From Octopus sinensis (Eukaryota): a DNA stretch of 64,000 bases. This document shows, piece by piece, positions 63,604 through 64,000 of this stretch (position 1 is its first letter; each line of letters opens with the position of its first letter). The stretch lies in NCBI RefSeq assembly GCF_006345805.1, contig NC_043014.1, forward strand, positions 43,772,001 to 43,836,000. The letters are read 5' to 3'. The notes beneath the pieces are model-generated. The model saw nothing but the letters and a program-made list of their open reading frames with translations. It searched no databases and was not told where the DNA came from. A program made the position numbers and the translations under genes.

Positions 63604-64000
63604 GGCACCTGTGTCGGTGGCACATAAAAAACCCATCCCAAGACCCGGCGACGTAGTCCAGTCCACCTGTGCATACCTTCCCTCTTATGACACTTGTGAA
63701 GACCTGTTGAGGCAGAGGCAAGTGTGTGACACTTTGTGAAGACCTGTTGAGGCAGAGGCAAGTGTGTGACACTTGTGGAGACCTGTTGAGGCAAGTGTGT
63801 GACACGCGTGACACTTGTGAAGACCTGTTGAGGCAAGTGAAATCAAACCAAATCAAAATAGATGAACATCAATGGAATTTGTTCTTTGGGTTCCAGTACC
63901 GGTGGCACCAAGAAAAACCATCCGATCGGCCGTTCGCCAGCCACATCTGCACCTGTGTCGGTGGCACATAAGACACACCATCCGAAGAAACCCGGCGACG
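63604..64000 (+). mobile_element. RTE 3'UTR fragment, apparently tandemly duplicated (~345-bp period), with 4 x ~40-bp internal repeats
   Basis: GCACCTGTGTCGGTGGCACATAA at about 63605 and 63950; ACCCGGCGACG at about 63642 and 63990; internal repeats at 63689-63838. Confidence 0.7.

Overview
AT-rich, repeat-dense eukaryotic window. The SINE/LINE repertoire and very long (TA)n/(CA)n tracts suggest an octopus or other cephalopod genome, but this is inference only. Most of the window is intronic or intergenic: tRNA-derived SINEs of about four families, 3' remnants of RTE and CR1 LINEs, an internally deleted mariner, hAT- and piggyBac-like MITEs, a Helitron-like element, minisatellites and fold-back repeats. 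Only one coding exon is firmly recognisable, an FHA-domain exon (48132-48322, +). Several weaker candidate exons lie on the minus strand at 3.7-21 kb. Nearly all ORFs in the track are microsatellite or SINE artefacts. The main unexpected signal is eight minimal type-I hammerhead-ribozyme-like motifs from five unrelated sequence contexts. One has a fully canonical core (39785-39829, -). Four sit in two inverted, TSD-flanked Penelope-like insertions, one of which carries a tRNA-like Pol III head. A 7-unit SINE-head tandem array with a 625-bp higher-order period (950-2496) is also notable.
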